The notes under the pieces were generated by a model. The model saw nothing but the letters and a program-made list of their open reading frames with translations, searched no databases and was not told where the DNA came from. A DNA stretch of 64,000 bases. Origin: the human T2T-CHM13v2.0 reference genome, Homo sapiens. A program made the position numbers and the translations under genes. The stretch lies in NCBI RefSeq assembly GCF_009914755.1, contig NC_060935.1; one strand, given 5' to 3'. This document shows positions 27,079 through 39,690 of this stretch, piece after piece; the first letter of the stretch is position 1, and the number at the start of each line of letters is the position of its first letter.

Positions 27079-27679
27079 GCAAAGAGGACAATCGTGATAC
27101 GCATGTCAGGTATTTGCCTTAAGTAAATCTAAACTGTGTACCCAGACCCTCCATAATCTAGTCTTATCCTACAATGGTCCTGTTTCCTAGGGAATCAATT
27201 CTAAAATGTTCAGCCTAGGTTCTAAATTAAGCTAAGCAGAGGCAGACTGAAACAAGCCGCACTGTGCTGGAGGCAGCATGGTCACCTGTGGTGGTCACGT
27301 CACTCTCAGGTCCACCAGGGCCAAGCCCCTATGAAGGTGGTCAGTCCTCAGGCTCCCCGGGGCTCATCTCCATTTTTGGAATCCAATTACAAAACATTGA
27401 TCCGATCCCACTCCAGAGAACTGATTTATGCCCCGGCTGAGGGAAAAAGAACCAAAAATATTGTACCCATTTGTTCAAGCTGTGGTTGGTTAAACAGGGT
27501 CACCTCTCGCCTGCCAACTGGCCTGGTCCTCTCAGCTCCTCTGGCACCTGCTGGAGGCAGCTGGATTTGGCAGGTGGCCAGGCAGGTCAGCCCAGCCAAG
27601 AGGACAAAGCCCAGACTGTGAACCCATGGAAATGCCAACCCAATGCCCCTTGGAGGCCCCCAGGGCTTTCTGAGTCCAA

Positions 27680-27680
<1 letters not shown>

Positions 27681-27726
<46 letters not shown>
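27681..27726. repeat. (AC)23 microsatellite
   Basis: Read directly. Confidence 0.95.
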
Positions 27727-27728
<2 letters not shown>

Positions 27729-27941
27729 ACCTAACAGTTCATGAGTTACTGAATGGAAAAATCTTCCTAGTCCCTAGTTTTTCTTCTTTCTTTCCCAGCA
27801 CCTTTTCACCCAAATGGTAATGTCTGGGCTTTGCCAGAACTGGCACAGGCAGGGATCTCTGGTCAGAGAGACTCCAGAAGAGATGTCCTTCCTCTCCATC
27901 TGGGTGAGCAGCAACACACAGCCACCCAAAAGGCAGGTGGG

Positions 27942-28204
27942 GAAGGCAGGTGTGCATGAAGGCAGGTGTGCACGAAGGCAGGTGTGCATGAAGGCAGGTG
28001 TGCATGAATACAGGTGTGTATGAAGGCAGGTGTGTATGAATGTGGGTGTGTATGAATGCGGGTGTGCATGAAGGCAGGTGTGCATGAAGGTGGGTGTGTA
28101 TGAAGGCAGGTGTATATGAAGGTGGGTGTGCATGAAGGCAGGTGTGCATGAAGGTGGGTGTGCATGAAAGCAGGTGTGTATGAAGGCAGGTGTGTATGAA
28201 GGCA
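27942..28204. repeat. 16-bp minisatellite (gaaggcaggtgtgcat), ~16 units
   Basis: Strict 16-bp phase with variants gca/gtg and gcat/gtat. Confidence 0.95.
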
Positions 28205-29289
28205 ACACAAGATTTGTGCTCTGCTAGGACAAAGTGCCAGAAAGACGCAGAAAAGGGATTGATTCTTTAGAGTGAAGTATGGAGGCTTCTTGGAGGAGGT
28301 GACTGATGTGGGCCTTAAGGGATAAATAACAGCCTAACCAAGCTGCAAAAAAATGGAAAAGCTTGTGCCAAAGGATAGAGGCAGGAATAAACTTGACAGA
28401 TTATCAAGCATCTCCTGGAGCTCAAAACCCCAGGACCGGGCCTGTGTGTCCTCCAAACCATGACCTCATTTCCAAAACTTCGGGACAGGGGTGGCAATCT
28501 TTGCTCTGCCTTCCCCAACCGGGCAGCATTTCCAGTTGGCTCCAACAGCTCCCTATGGACCGCTGTCAAACCTTCCCAGGGACATTCCTAACATCTTTGT
28601 CCAGGTAGGACCCCTGTGGGGAAAATCATGGCAGGTGAAACAGTAGGAAGTGAGGTTTCTAGAGACTGGAGAAGCCAGAGAAATGAGCGGGGCAGCTGGG
28701 CTCCACTCCTCCCTCTGCGGAAATGCCCAGCAAGGGGTTGATCCTGCCTCCTTCCTGCGAGGCTCGCCATCCTTCACCCACTGCTGCCTGCTCCTGCTGA
28801 AGCCCGGGATGCATGCGTGATGGAGTAAACAGCAGGGCTGGCAGTGTGGGCATGAGACTGCGCACGCACCACGCTCACTGGTGCTGGGGCGCATCCTTCT
28901 CCCACGAGCCAAACTGAATAACCTGATTCTCAGGAAAGAGTGTCAGAGAAGCCACTCAGAAGGACTTGGATACTCTGTGGGGACAAAGTTTGAGCACAGA
29001 CATTAAGAGGGACAGAGGGGGCTGCGTGAGGGAGGGGGATGAAAGAAACCCCCTTTCCTCTTTCCATCCACCACCCTCTACTCCTACCACATGCCTACAG
29101 GCACCCTTCAAAGCCCTCCTCCTCCACCCGCCCTCCCCACCTGCCCCAGGCAAAAAAGCCAGAGGTCTACCCAAGGGCGAGGACCACGCTCTCTAGTCCA
29201 TTGTCTTAGGAAGCAAGGCTATGCAGGTGGAATTAACAAGGGGTGGGGAGGCTAAGTGAAGATTTTGTTTCCAGTTATGCCTCCTCTAA

Positions 29290-29440
29290 GTGGGTGGCCT
29301 GGGGCAAGGCCCTCATCTGTAACAAACATAGGTCTTTCATCTGCCAATTGAGACCTGATTATAGTACCTACCTCCCAATATGGAGGGGATTAAATGAGAT
29401 ATTTGTAAATTCCCAGAACACACTTCTCTAGTAATATGCT
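29290..29440 (+). mobile_element. MIR remnant
   Basis: ggtggcctggggcaag...attatagtacctacctc...ggattaaatgagat. Confidence 0.6.
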
Positions 29441-30189
29441 TCATTTTCAAGTGTACAGCTCACCTCCTCACCGACACTGCAAGCTCCAGAGGGGAAGTTT
29501 TGTGCCCCATCCCACCCCCATCACACAGCGCTGGGCATGGGGACAGCTCAATAAATGCCCTTTGGAAATCACAGCTTATCAAACAAGAGGGAGGAAAAGG
29601 AGGCAGAATCCTGGGAAGGGTGCTTTGACCCCCCAGGCTGGGCAGGAGGCTGAGTCCCATCTTTCTAATCTAGTTGTAAAGCGCCTGTGTTCATTATTTT
29701 AACAGTTATTCGTGATCAAACGATTTGGTGTTAATGTGGATCTAATGTATAAATCCATACGGGTCCCACAGTCATTTAGCATTAATTAAACAAGGCCATT
29801 TTAAGGCTGGGATTCCACTGGGTTTATTGTGCTTAGCAGTGAATGGCGGAAACCACTCAACCACTCTGCTTTCTCTCTGCTCCTGTGTTGTCCCATTTAC
29901 CTCTGGAGAGCAGGGGAAGAGCAAGCTTGAAGCTACCCTGGACAGAGGGTGGGGCACAGGGAGGACCCTGGCTAGGGTGTGGAAAGCTGACTGACAGGTG
30001 AGGAGCTCCATAGAGGCCCTGCTTGCAAAGAAGAAATAAGGGTTGCATTAGCATACCACGGGCCTGGATGCCCAGAGAACAGGATTTTAGTCCTGCTCTG
30101 CTGCTGATGACTAGCTGTGCAGCCTCGTGCAAGACACTTCCCTGCTCTGTCTTCATCGGTTAATTAAGAAGCCTGGACAAGCCAACCTC

Positions 30190-30545
30190 ATTCCCTCTAC
30201 CTGGAATGCATCTCCTTCCATTTCCCCATGGCTGCTCCTTTCCATCTTTCACATCTCAGCTCACGTCAGCTCCTCCAAGAAGAGATAACCACCCTCTGTT
30301 ACCACCACTCCCCACCACCCAAGCACTCTGGAGCACATCGTCTCTCTTTTATTTTCTTTATGGGACTTACCACGGTCTTAATTATCTCTGCATTTGTACT
30401 CACTTGTTCCCTTGTGTGTTATCTCTGTCTCCTCCCCACTGTCATCTCCACAAGATCAAGAGCTTCATATGTCTTATTCATCTCTTTCACACCAATTCAG
30501 TACGTGGCACATGATGGGGGCTCAAAAAAAATAGTATGTCCACCA
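30190..30545 (+). mobile_element. L2 3' remnant
   Basis: ttccctctacctggaatgc...tctcagctcacgtc...gtggcacatga. Confidence 0.65.
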
Positions 30546-30999
30546 GCAGAATCATGAGGTGATCATTAAAACCCCTCCAGGATGGCACTCAATAGTCCTT
30601 GACATCTGCACCCAGAAAGTAAGGGCGGCATAGGGTGCGGGAAGAGCGGGGATCATCCAGGAGAACTTGTGGGAAAAGGACGATCAGAGCTGGATTCTGG
30701 GAGACAGAGGAACGCCAGCCTAGAGAAGGGGAAAACCTGTCTTGAGAAGGCAGGCAGGCAGGAGCCACAGCGGTGGAGAGCTTCAAGTCCCTGCAGCTGC
30801 TACACCTTCAGGCTCCCAGCCAAGACCATTTGGTGAACTATATTAATAATCACAATACAAGAATCCCTTGTGGACTGGAACAATTTCCCTTCCAAGGCAG
30901 TGACATGCCTATCACTTCACTTTATTCTTCTGCCATCCCCTTGATACAAAGGAGGAGAAAATATCTTCTGCTATGTATAAAATTAATAACAATTGTTCA

Positions 31000-31165
31000 T
31001 TTGTATAGTACTTTCCCATTTCCCGAACACATTTTCTTATACAGGAATGATAGTATTTATTCCCATGTTGCAGATGAGGAGACTCAGAGAGGTGAAATGA
31101 CTTGTCCGAGGTCAGTCATAGCGTATGTAGCCTGGAAAACTCAAGCCCCGAACTCCAAATTTTTC
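31000..31165 (-). mobile_element. MIR remnant, followed by (GA)n at 31205-31229
   Basis: cccatgttgcagatgaggagactcagagaggtgaaatgacttgtccgaggtca. Confidence 0.7.
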
Positions 31166-31587
31166 AACAACCTAGTGGTGTTTTTTCCAGATGAGGAAAC
31201 TAACAGAGAGAGAGAGAGAGAGAGAGAGAAAGTGTATGGCTAGCTTATGAGAGCTCCCCACCCACACATCCAGGGGGTTAAATTATTTGTAGGGTCAGGA
31301 TGAGGCATGCGGACAGTGGGAAGGGAACCATCTCCCTTCCCGACCTGAGCATGGAGATGGAGATCACCCTGAGTGAAAATGTTCATTTTTACAGTTCAGG
31401 GAGGGAGGGGCAGAGACTTCTTACATTACAGAACTCTAGAATTCTCAGCTGAAAATGATGTTGGAGATGTCTATGATCTCATTATACCCAGGTCCCAGTG
31501 CCCTCTTCTAAGCTCTTTATCATCATAATTTCTGATGTAAAGAGCATGATGCCATGGACAAAATGGGCCCTCAGTGACTATCCGATG

Positions 31588-31900
31588 CAGGGCCAGGCAC
31601 TGAATGCAGGTGAGTGAGGAGGATCAGGTGCAATAAGTCAATAGCCATTGGCACTCAGCCCCTGTGTGGGGGATACAATAGGGAGTGGTGGGGACCGTGG
31701 CAAGTTAGGAGAGTGTAAACCCCGTGTGAGGGGAGAAAGATTGCAGCCAATTGTTGCCATGTGGACATGCAGGCCCAGTGTTACCAATTCTTACAGTTTT
31801 GAAAGAAGGTCAGAAGTGTGGCTCTCTATCAGAAATTCTAGAATATTAAATGTGGGTGCTTAAATTTAAAGCACTGTATAGGCCAAACAAAATATGTCTA
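31588..31900. mobile_element. hAT-Charlie DNA transposon remnant (MER102-like)
   Basis: caatagggagtggtggggaccgtggcaa...gttgccatgtggacatgcaggcccagtgtt. Confidence 0.6.
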
Positions 31901-31910
31901 AGAGCAAGTT

Positions 31911-32555
31911 TCCTTTAACAGCTTTGTTGAGGTATAGTTGATATACAAATAACTGTACATATTTAATGTGTACAGTTTGGTGAAGTTGGACATATGCAAA
32001 CACCCATGATACCATCGCCACAATCAAGGTAATATGCATATCCAACACTTCCCAAAGTTTCTCATATTCCTTTGAGTGTGTGTGTGTGTGTGTGTGTGTG
32101 TGGTAAAAACACTTAACATGAGATCTTAAGGAATTCTGAAGTACACAATACCAGATTCTTAATTACAAGCACTATGTTGTACAGCAGATCTCTAGAACTT
32201 ATTCACCCCGCAGAACCGAAACTCTATATGCATGGAATAACAATTCCCCATTTGCCTCTTCCCCTAGCCCCTGACAATTTGCTCCAAGCCCTGGGTGCTG
32301 TTGGTGCAGCCAACTCTTTTCTCTGCTGCTATTAGTTTGACAATTTCTGATATGTCATATACATGGAATCAATTTCTGATACATCATATACATGTGACTG
32401 GCTTATTTCACTTAGCATATTATTTCACTTAGCATATTTCACTTAGCATAATGTCCTCCATTGTGTTGTTGCAAATGACAGGATTTCCCTCTTTTTCAAG
32501 GCTAAATAATATTCCACTGTATGTATTTACTATGTTTTCTTTATCCATTCATCTA
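31911..32555 (-). mobile_element. L1MA9/10-like 3' fragment with internal (GT)n
   Basis: cagctttgttgaggtatagttgatatacaaa...acttaacatgagatc...cagatctctagaacttattca. Confidence 0.8.
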
Positions 32556-33459
32556 ACAGAAAGTTTCTATCCATTGTTCATTGGTTTGACACTTGTAGTT
32601 AAATGAATAAATTAACCCTGTTCAAACCCTTCATTGTGAAGACTGGGCAACTGGAAGAGTTAAACCATGTCCCTAAGGTTACAAGCAACGAGGGACAAAG
32701 CTTAAACTCCAAGTTTCCAGATTTCCAATCCAGTTCTTGTTGATCCAGGGCCAAGGTCAGTGAGGGGGACTGTGTATATGAGGACCCATTAGGTTTGGGG
32801 ACACATCACCACCTAGTTTGCTGTCCCGAATCCATACATTCCATCCAGCCCAGACCCAGGCCAAGAAGCCAGGGCCCATATGGGCTGAAAGGCCTCACCC
32901 ACAGAAGAGGCACCGGCAACAGCACCTCCTGGCCTCCCTCCAACCAGAACCTTAGAAGAGCCCCTCACACCCTCCCCTGTACCCCATCCTCAGGCCACTT
33001 AGCATGCAGCACCATGGCACAAGCCAGCTGTCACTTAGGCACTTACAGGCAGAACTGTGGAAAAACCAAACCACTGTTATTACACTTAATAACCAGTTTC
33101 CACATCATCAACTCATTGGAGTCTGACAGGCGCTGTTAGGGTGTCAGCTCCCTCAGCCTAACAAGTCAGCACTAGCCAGGGGGTGGGAGAGCACCAGGCA
33201 GGACTGGGCACCAGCCTCCTGTGAGTTATTCCATCCCCCTCCTGCCCCACATGGAGGACACACACCCAAGGGCAGCCGAGGCGCCGACCCGCCTCTGCCC
33301 CCACACACTCAGGAGCTTAGCAGCTACACCAACAGCACCCAAGGTTTACAGCAGGAGCAGAAGCCCAGAGAAGGGGTCTCAGGGCTCTGACTGGTGTGCA
33401 AACAGAAGAAAACAGCCTGGCTTGTCAGAGTAGGGGCCAAGGGGTCTGAAGGAAGAGAA

Positions 33460-33640
33460 TCCAGGACTGGGACACCTGGTTGGATCCTAGCTCTACTGTG
33501 TGGCCTTGAGTAAGATACTCCATCTTTCCAAGCCCCAGCTCCCCACCTGTAAAAGGTGGTACCTCAAAGCGTTCCTTGGAAGGCAAGCATAGTGCCAAGC
33601 ATGGTGTCCACGCCTGATAAATGGTGGGTATCACTGAGTT
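33460..33640 (+). mobile_element. MIR
   Basis: tgtgtggccttgagtaag...ccccacctgtaaaa. Confidence 0.65.
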
Positions 33641-36600
33641 ATTATGAAATGGAGGTGGGCAGAGGGTGGGGGTCCTAAGAGGAGGACACAGGTGGGGTTG
33701 CTTATGAGGCATACACCCTGGCACATACACCTGCCTGGCGGAACCCTCCTGCTGCCCGCTGTAGCTCGGGCCTGAGGTAGTGCAGTGCTGCCATCTTTTG
33801 TCCACACGCTGCACTGCATCTCCACCTGCCCAGTTGGGTGGACAGGGCCCCAGGTGCTCCAGCTGCCCATTCTCCGTTGCTACAGCGTCTCTGAGCCTGG
33901 AGAGGGTCTACCCAGCAAGCTCTGGCAGGGCGGACTGTCCATCAAATGTGGCCCAAGATGTCAGAGCAGCCCTGCAGCCAAAGAGACGCCTTATGCCTTT
34001 GGGAAAAAACTGTGGGCCATTGCCCCAAAGGGCCCAGGGCTGGCTGGGGTCCCCCACTCCATGCCGCGATGTGTGCAAGGAGGCAGAGCAGAGACAAAGG
34101 AGGTGGGTGAGTGGGAGAGGGCACACCTCCAGGGACCTCAGCAGACAGTTTGCTACCTGCTTCCGCATGAGCTGAGATTCCCAAGATGCCAGGAGCAGTT
34201 GTCTCTGAGAGGTGGAATTGTGGGTGATGGGAATGATTTTGTTAGGTTGACTGTTTCATTGTGATTATTATTTTTTCTTTATGCGTAATTAGAATTTCAC
34301 ATTTTTCTACAATGCCAAAGTCTCAAGAAATAATTTGTTTATAAACCTGTCTGAAAGTAAATTTGCTTTTAAGTAAACACGTAATTCTAGAGCAGAAAGG
34401 GACCCTTTCTTTCACAGTTGAGGAAAATAAGCTCAGAGATAGGTGACTTGCCCAAGGTCACACCACTAGTTTGTGGCCAAGATGGACTAGAACTTCCCTC
34501 TCAAGACAAGGTCTTTTTCCTTTGAGAGTGAGCTGGGCCTTTTCCTGACCCTCTAGCTAGGGTAAGATCCCCTATTTGTCACCCATGGTAGCTGTTTTTC
34601 TGTTTACTCCCTGTCTCTCCCATGCAAGCTTCATAGGGGCAGGAACTTTATCTATCTTGTTCACTAAGGTATTCCCTGTGTCCATTATAGTCCAGGGTAT
34701 GTGGCAGACACTCCATAAATGCATGTTGAATGGATGCATGGAGTTAATCAGGGAAGGCTTCCAGGAAGAGGTGAGTTATACATCCATTTTTGAAAAGGCA
34801 CTTGTAACAGATCAACAGAGAAGATAAGAAGCATTCCTAGGGGCTGGAGGATGGCCTAGACCTAGCGCACAGTAAAGATATGTTCCCAAATATTTGTAGG
34901 GGAGGGGAGAATGGCAGAGTAGTACAGATTGTCCTCCTATTCCTGTAGGGACCTGAGCTAGGAACCCATCCCTGACCCTGATTCCTTACCTTGTCCTGAG
35001 AATTTGGGAAGAAGCCAAAAAGAATCCCTCTACAGGGCCAGGAAAGACACTAAGAGCTGAAGCTTCCATCAGCCTAACTGGATCTGACAAGGTCTGGCTG
35101 GGCCTGGTTGGACCTGACCATCCTGGGTGGACAGATGGGGCCTGACTGGGCTGGGTCTGAGCTGAGAACCACCTTCTTACTCCCATATTTAGGAGACTCT
35201 AGTACCTGTCATGTCAGCCTGATCTCCCAGGGCTCTAGAGACATAAAGCAGGGGGAGTGGGGGGAGGGGCAGAAACATTGAGGCCAAGGGGAAAATGTGA
35301 GGGGGTCCAAATGTATGCACAGTCTTGTTTCTAGGGTCTTTTATAAGATCACTATTACTTTAGGAACATAAAGATGCATTAAGATGTAATGATCATGTTA
35401 AAATATGGAAGCCATTTACTATGTTTAGGTACAGATATGAAAGTCAGAAAAATGGAAAATTTCAGCAGAGGGGAATGAACATTTCTGAAAGGAAAAAAAA
35501 TTCTTCTCTTAATTTTTCTGGAAAAGTCCCTCAAAAGGTTCTTGGAAAAAAAGGTTTATTTATTCCAGAATGGTGCATCATGTCTGACAAGGAGGCCAGA
35601 AGCCCTGTGCACCTCCCTCTGACCCCAATCAGAAAGGAGACACGCAATTACTGAGCACCTGCTGTATGCCAGGTTCTGGGCTGGGCTCTTTGTGAGCATT
35701 GTCTGGTGTGACGGAAATAGGTCCACCTGTAGACTGCAAGCACAGACAGCCCGCAGGAGCCTCCGGTGGGCCGACGGCATTCTCCCTGACACCTGGGGGT
35801 GTCTCTCAGCCTCAGCCTCTGCCTGCGCAGGCTTGCCTGGCCACACAGAAGGTGGGTGGGGTTCCAGTCTGCCTTTGGCCTGGCATATATTTGGAAAGTG
35901 GGGTACACATGCTTGCATACCTCTCCCCTTCCCAAAGCACTTCATGACCGGCCCTAAATAGAACTCAGCCCCGCACTGGGCTTCAGACTTTCAATGTCCT
36001 CCTGCAAAACCGTTTGGCACCAACACCTAAAGAGACCGGGATGGGATGTTGATGAGGGCCCACCCAGGGAACTGGAGCTGGGATAATTCTTTATTGTGAG
36101 TGTGAAACAAGAATTCAGAGAGGAAGAGGGCAAAGACAGAATGATAGCGAGCATGTCAGAGAGAGAGACTCAGAAACAGAGAGAGGTGGAAATTGAGAGA
36201 GAGAGGAGAGAAAAAAGAAAGATGGGGAAAAGAGACAAGAGGAGAAAAAGAGACAAGCAGAAAAACCGAGAGAAGGTTACAAAGCAGGGAGGGGAGGAGA
36301 GAGGGACAAAGGATGGACCAGCAGTTACAGGGCCAGGGAAAAGGGGGAAGGTGGAAGACTATCTTTCCCCACTGCCCACCCCCAGGACCCCCCACAACCC
36401 TCCCTGGAGGAACCACTCAGACATGGGAGGCGAGAAGAGGGAGCAGAGATAGGCAAACTCGCTACGTAACCTTGGAGACGAGAGCCAAGGAGATGGGCGT
36501 GGGGAGATGGGCACAGGGAGGGGCATGGCAGGGGGTGGGGACACAGGCAGGAGAGCAGCAACAGGTCCTACCATCCGGGGAGGGGCGGGTGGGGACAGAG

Positions 36601-37289
36601 GCCAAGAAGAGTGACCCGGATGAGCTGGGGGAGGGAGAGGGACAAAAGATTCCAGGAACAAACCTAAAGAGGTCTGAGAAGTCAGAATAAAGAGAGATTT
36701 TGCTGAGAATCAATTTAGGGAAGAAAGAGCAGGGAGTTGGGAGCTATGATAAGAGAAAGGGGGGTGAAGCGGGGTGGGCAGCAGCAATGCAGCCAGGAGT
36801 AGCCAGCCCACATGACCGTGTTGAAGTGAGGGGGGCCGGGCCATTGGCTCTGGACAGCAGGGCACAGGCAGGAAAAAGTCACGGCAGACTGGTGCAGGGA
36901 GCCTGGGTTTCTGACCCTTTCCCTGAGACCTGCTAAAGGCGATGAATCTCAGCTGTCTGGCCGGGGGGACCATTCCAATCACTTGTGTCCCAAATCCTGA
37001 GTACTGCTATGTGCCAGGTGCTTTGCTGGGCACTCTGGGGGACACAGGGACCATTGACAAACATGTACCCTGAAGACACTCACGGGTTAGTGAGGGAAAC
37101 AAGGTGTGTACACAAACAACGAGAAGATGGTGACATGGAGGGACTCCCAGATCACTCACTGCCAGCCAGGAGCCCATCAGAGGGAGCCTCCCCGACAGGC
37201 CATGCCTGAGCCAGGTCCTGAAGACAGGGCAGGGCTGAGACAAGGGGAAGGCTCATCAGGTAGGGGGCAGCAGGAGCCCGCAGCAGGCA

Positions 37290-37475
37290 GGCCAGGGAAG
37301 CCCAGGGTGACCCTGGGTCTGCCAGGGACTAGTGTGTGGCCCAGGACAAATCACCTAACTTTTCTGAACCTGCCTTTCCCCACCTTGCAGAATTTAAGGA
37401 TTATGGATAATATCTGTATACTGCCTGGCACATGGCAGGTACTCAATTAAGGGTAGCTATCATTGTTATTAAGAA
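37290..37475 (+). mobile_element. MIR
   Basis: tgtgtggcccaggacaaatcacctaac...tgcctggcacatggcaggtactcaatta. Confidence 0.65.
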
Positions 37476-37687
37476 TAAATAGAAAACAGTGAGCTAGAAT
37501 AAAAGGAAGTGGCTAGAAATGGACTGGAAGGGGGGTTTTAAGACACCCTCACCTCCCACGATCAGAAGCAGCTGTGAGCCACAGTCAGGAGGAACTATCC
37601 CCAAAGAACCTTTGGTGGAGCTCTGATTGGTGTCTGGTTAAGAGCTGGGTAGCTTACCATTACCAGCCAAAAAGAACAGTTGAGAGT

Positions 37688-38264
37688 ATGCTGGTTTTAA
37701 AATGTGTCCACAATTTTCTTTAGTGTTCCTTCCAAAAAAAAAAATAAAACAAACAAACAAAAAACAAACCCTAATTCCCCTCCACTTGAATGTGGCCAGA
37801 CTTAGTGACTCACTTCTAGTAAAAAGAATGTGTTAGAAGTTACAGAGTGACTTCTGAAACTAGGCCATAAAAGACAGTGCTCCTTTTCTTCTTGGGCTCT
37901 GTCTGTCTCTCTCAGATCACTCATTCTAGGGAAAAGCCATGCCCTGGAGACACTCAAGCAGTCCTATGGAGAGGTCCACAGGGCAAGGAACAGCAGCTTC
38001 CTGCCAGTAGCCAGGAGGCCTTGTGAGCCATGCAAGTCAATCATCTTGGAAGTGGATCCCACAGCCACAGTCAAGCCTTCAGATGAGATGCGAGCCCCAG
38101 CCAACATCTTGACTGCAACTTCACAAAAGACTTCATGCCAAAAACATCTAGCTAAGCCACTCTCAAGTTCCTGATCCACAGAAACTGGATCAGATCATCC
38201 ATGTTTATTGTTGTGTTAAACTGCTGAGTTCTGGGATCATTTGTTACAGTGGATAGCTAATACC
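37688..38264 (+). mobile_element. MLT1F-like solo LTR
   Basis: gacttagtgactcacttct...cttggaagtggatcc...ccagccaacatcttgactgcaac...gatagctaatac. Confidence 0.82.
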
Positions 38265-39512
38265 GGGGCCTGTGACTAAATCTGGAGCCACAACCCCCAA
38301 TAGGGCATCAAACCCACAGCGGTGGCCCAGTCAGTGCCCACAGCAGTGAGTGGGGTGAGGAGATGAGACATAGGGACCCAGGCAGGGCATCAACAGGTCC
38401 TGCCATAGCTGGAGCTCCGAATGACACTCAGAGCAGGCCTGGCTGTGTAGGGCATGGGCAGGTTCTGGGTTGTTCAGTATTTCCAGGAAAGGCAGTGAGA
38501 GGGAATTGGTCATCCTTGTTCCTGGCTCTACCCCCATAGATACAGCTATGTGGCTCATCTAGGGCAGCAGGCAGGTCAGGGTAGAAGTAAGCACAAGGAG
38601 GCATTTACCTCACCTGGTCTCAAACTCCTGTCTCCCACTTATTATCTGGGTTATCCTACACAAGTGACCTTCACTCTCTTTGCCTCAGTTTCTCATCTGT
38701 GAAATGGTGATAATAAACCCTACTTTGTGGGGTAATACTCTCACGGTGTGGTAGAGCCTCGTTACACGAAAATCAGATGATAAAATAAATATGCAGCATC
38801 ACACAAAGTCGGAGCCCCTTAAGCTGTGGCACCACCCAGCCCCTGGAGCCAAGAGAACAGGTTTAGCTGTGGGTCTGCTTTTCTTTGCCTTCTGACTCCC
38901 ACGTGGCCCATATCCCTAAGGGCAGAATCAATTTGTACCGAAGCTTAAGAGGAAATATTTCTAAAAGCACCCTGGTTATTTCTGATTCATATCAATCTTC
39001 CAACTTGTTTGCAGACTAAAACTTGGCCTTGACTTCATTCCATTCTCATGACAACCCTGGTTGCTCACTGAGGCATGTTTGCTTTGCTTACCTAAGCCTC
39101 AGTCTCCTCATCTGTGAAACGGCGCTAGCAACTCTACTGGATCCATTTGGTTGTTGGGTTGGGTTGGGTTAAATGAAGTCTCAGGGGAATGGGCCTAGTA
39201 GGCTCTCCTCAAATGCTTAGGATAACTATGGCAATGAAAATTTCACCAGGGCCTGCAACACTAAATACACTCTTGTAGCACAAAATGTAAACAACATGGG
39301 GATCCTGACTTCTTTTATAGAAGAAGTCTATGCTCTTTTTGAGGCCTTCTCCTTGAATAACTGACTGTTGGAAACCCCAGGAAATTCTGACATGAGGCAA
39401 GAGTCTGTCTTCCTCCCTGATCACTTGCTGCATCATTCCGTCCAGTGTTCACCTCTGTACCCACTAGTACACCTCCCACATCAGTGCCCACTGCATGTAG
39501 GTGAAGAACCTA

Positions 39513-39690
39513 TGGGATGGATGGATGGACTGGTTAGTAGATGGATAGATGGGTAGATAAGTGGGTGCCTGAGTGTGTGGATGGATGTGTGAGTAGATAA
39601 GTGGATGCGGATAGATGGATGGGTGAACAGATGGGTAAGTAGGTGGATGGGTGGGTGAGTGAGTTGAAGAAGGAAGGAAGGAAGGAAGAT
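39513..39690. repeat. Degenerate (TGGA)n/(GGAA)n simple repeat
   Basis: Read directly. Confidence 0.85.

Noticed and set aside
27942-28204. CRISPR-like array
   Set aside because: Head-to-tail repeats with no unique spacers and no cas genes; eukaryotic DNA
27739-28210. Three overlapping His/Thr/Pro-rich ORFs on the minus strand
   Set aside because: Artefact of a stop-free 16-bp minisatellite; no gene context
36096-36690. Lys/Arg/Glu-rich ORFs
   Set aside because: Consequence of the purine-rich low-complexity tract
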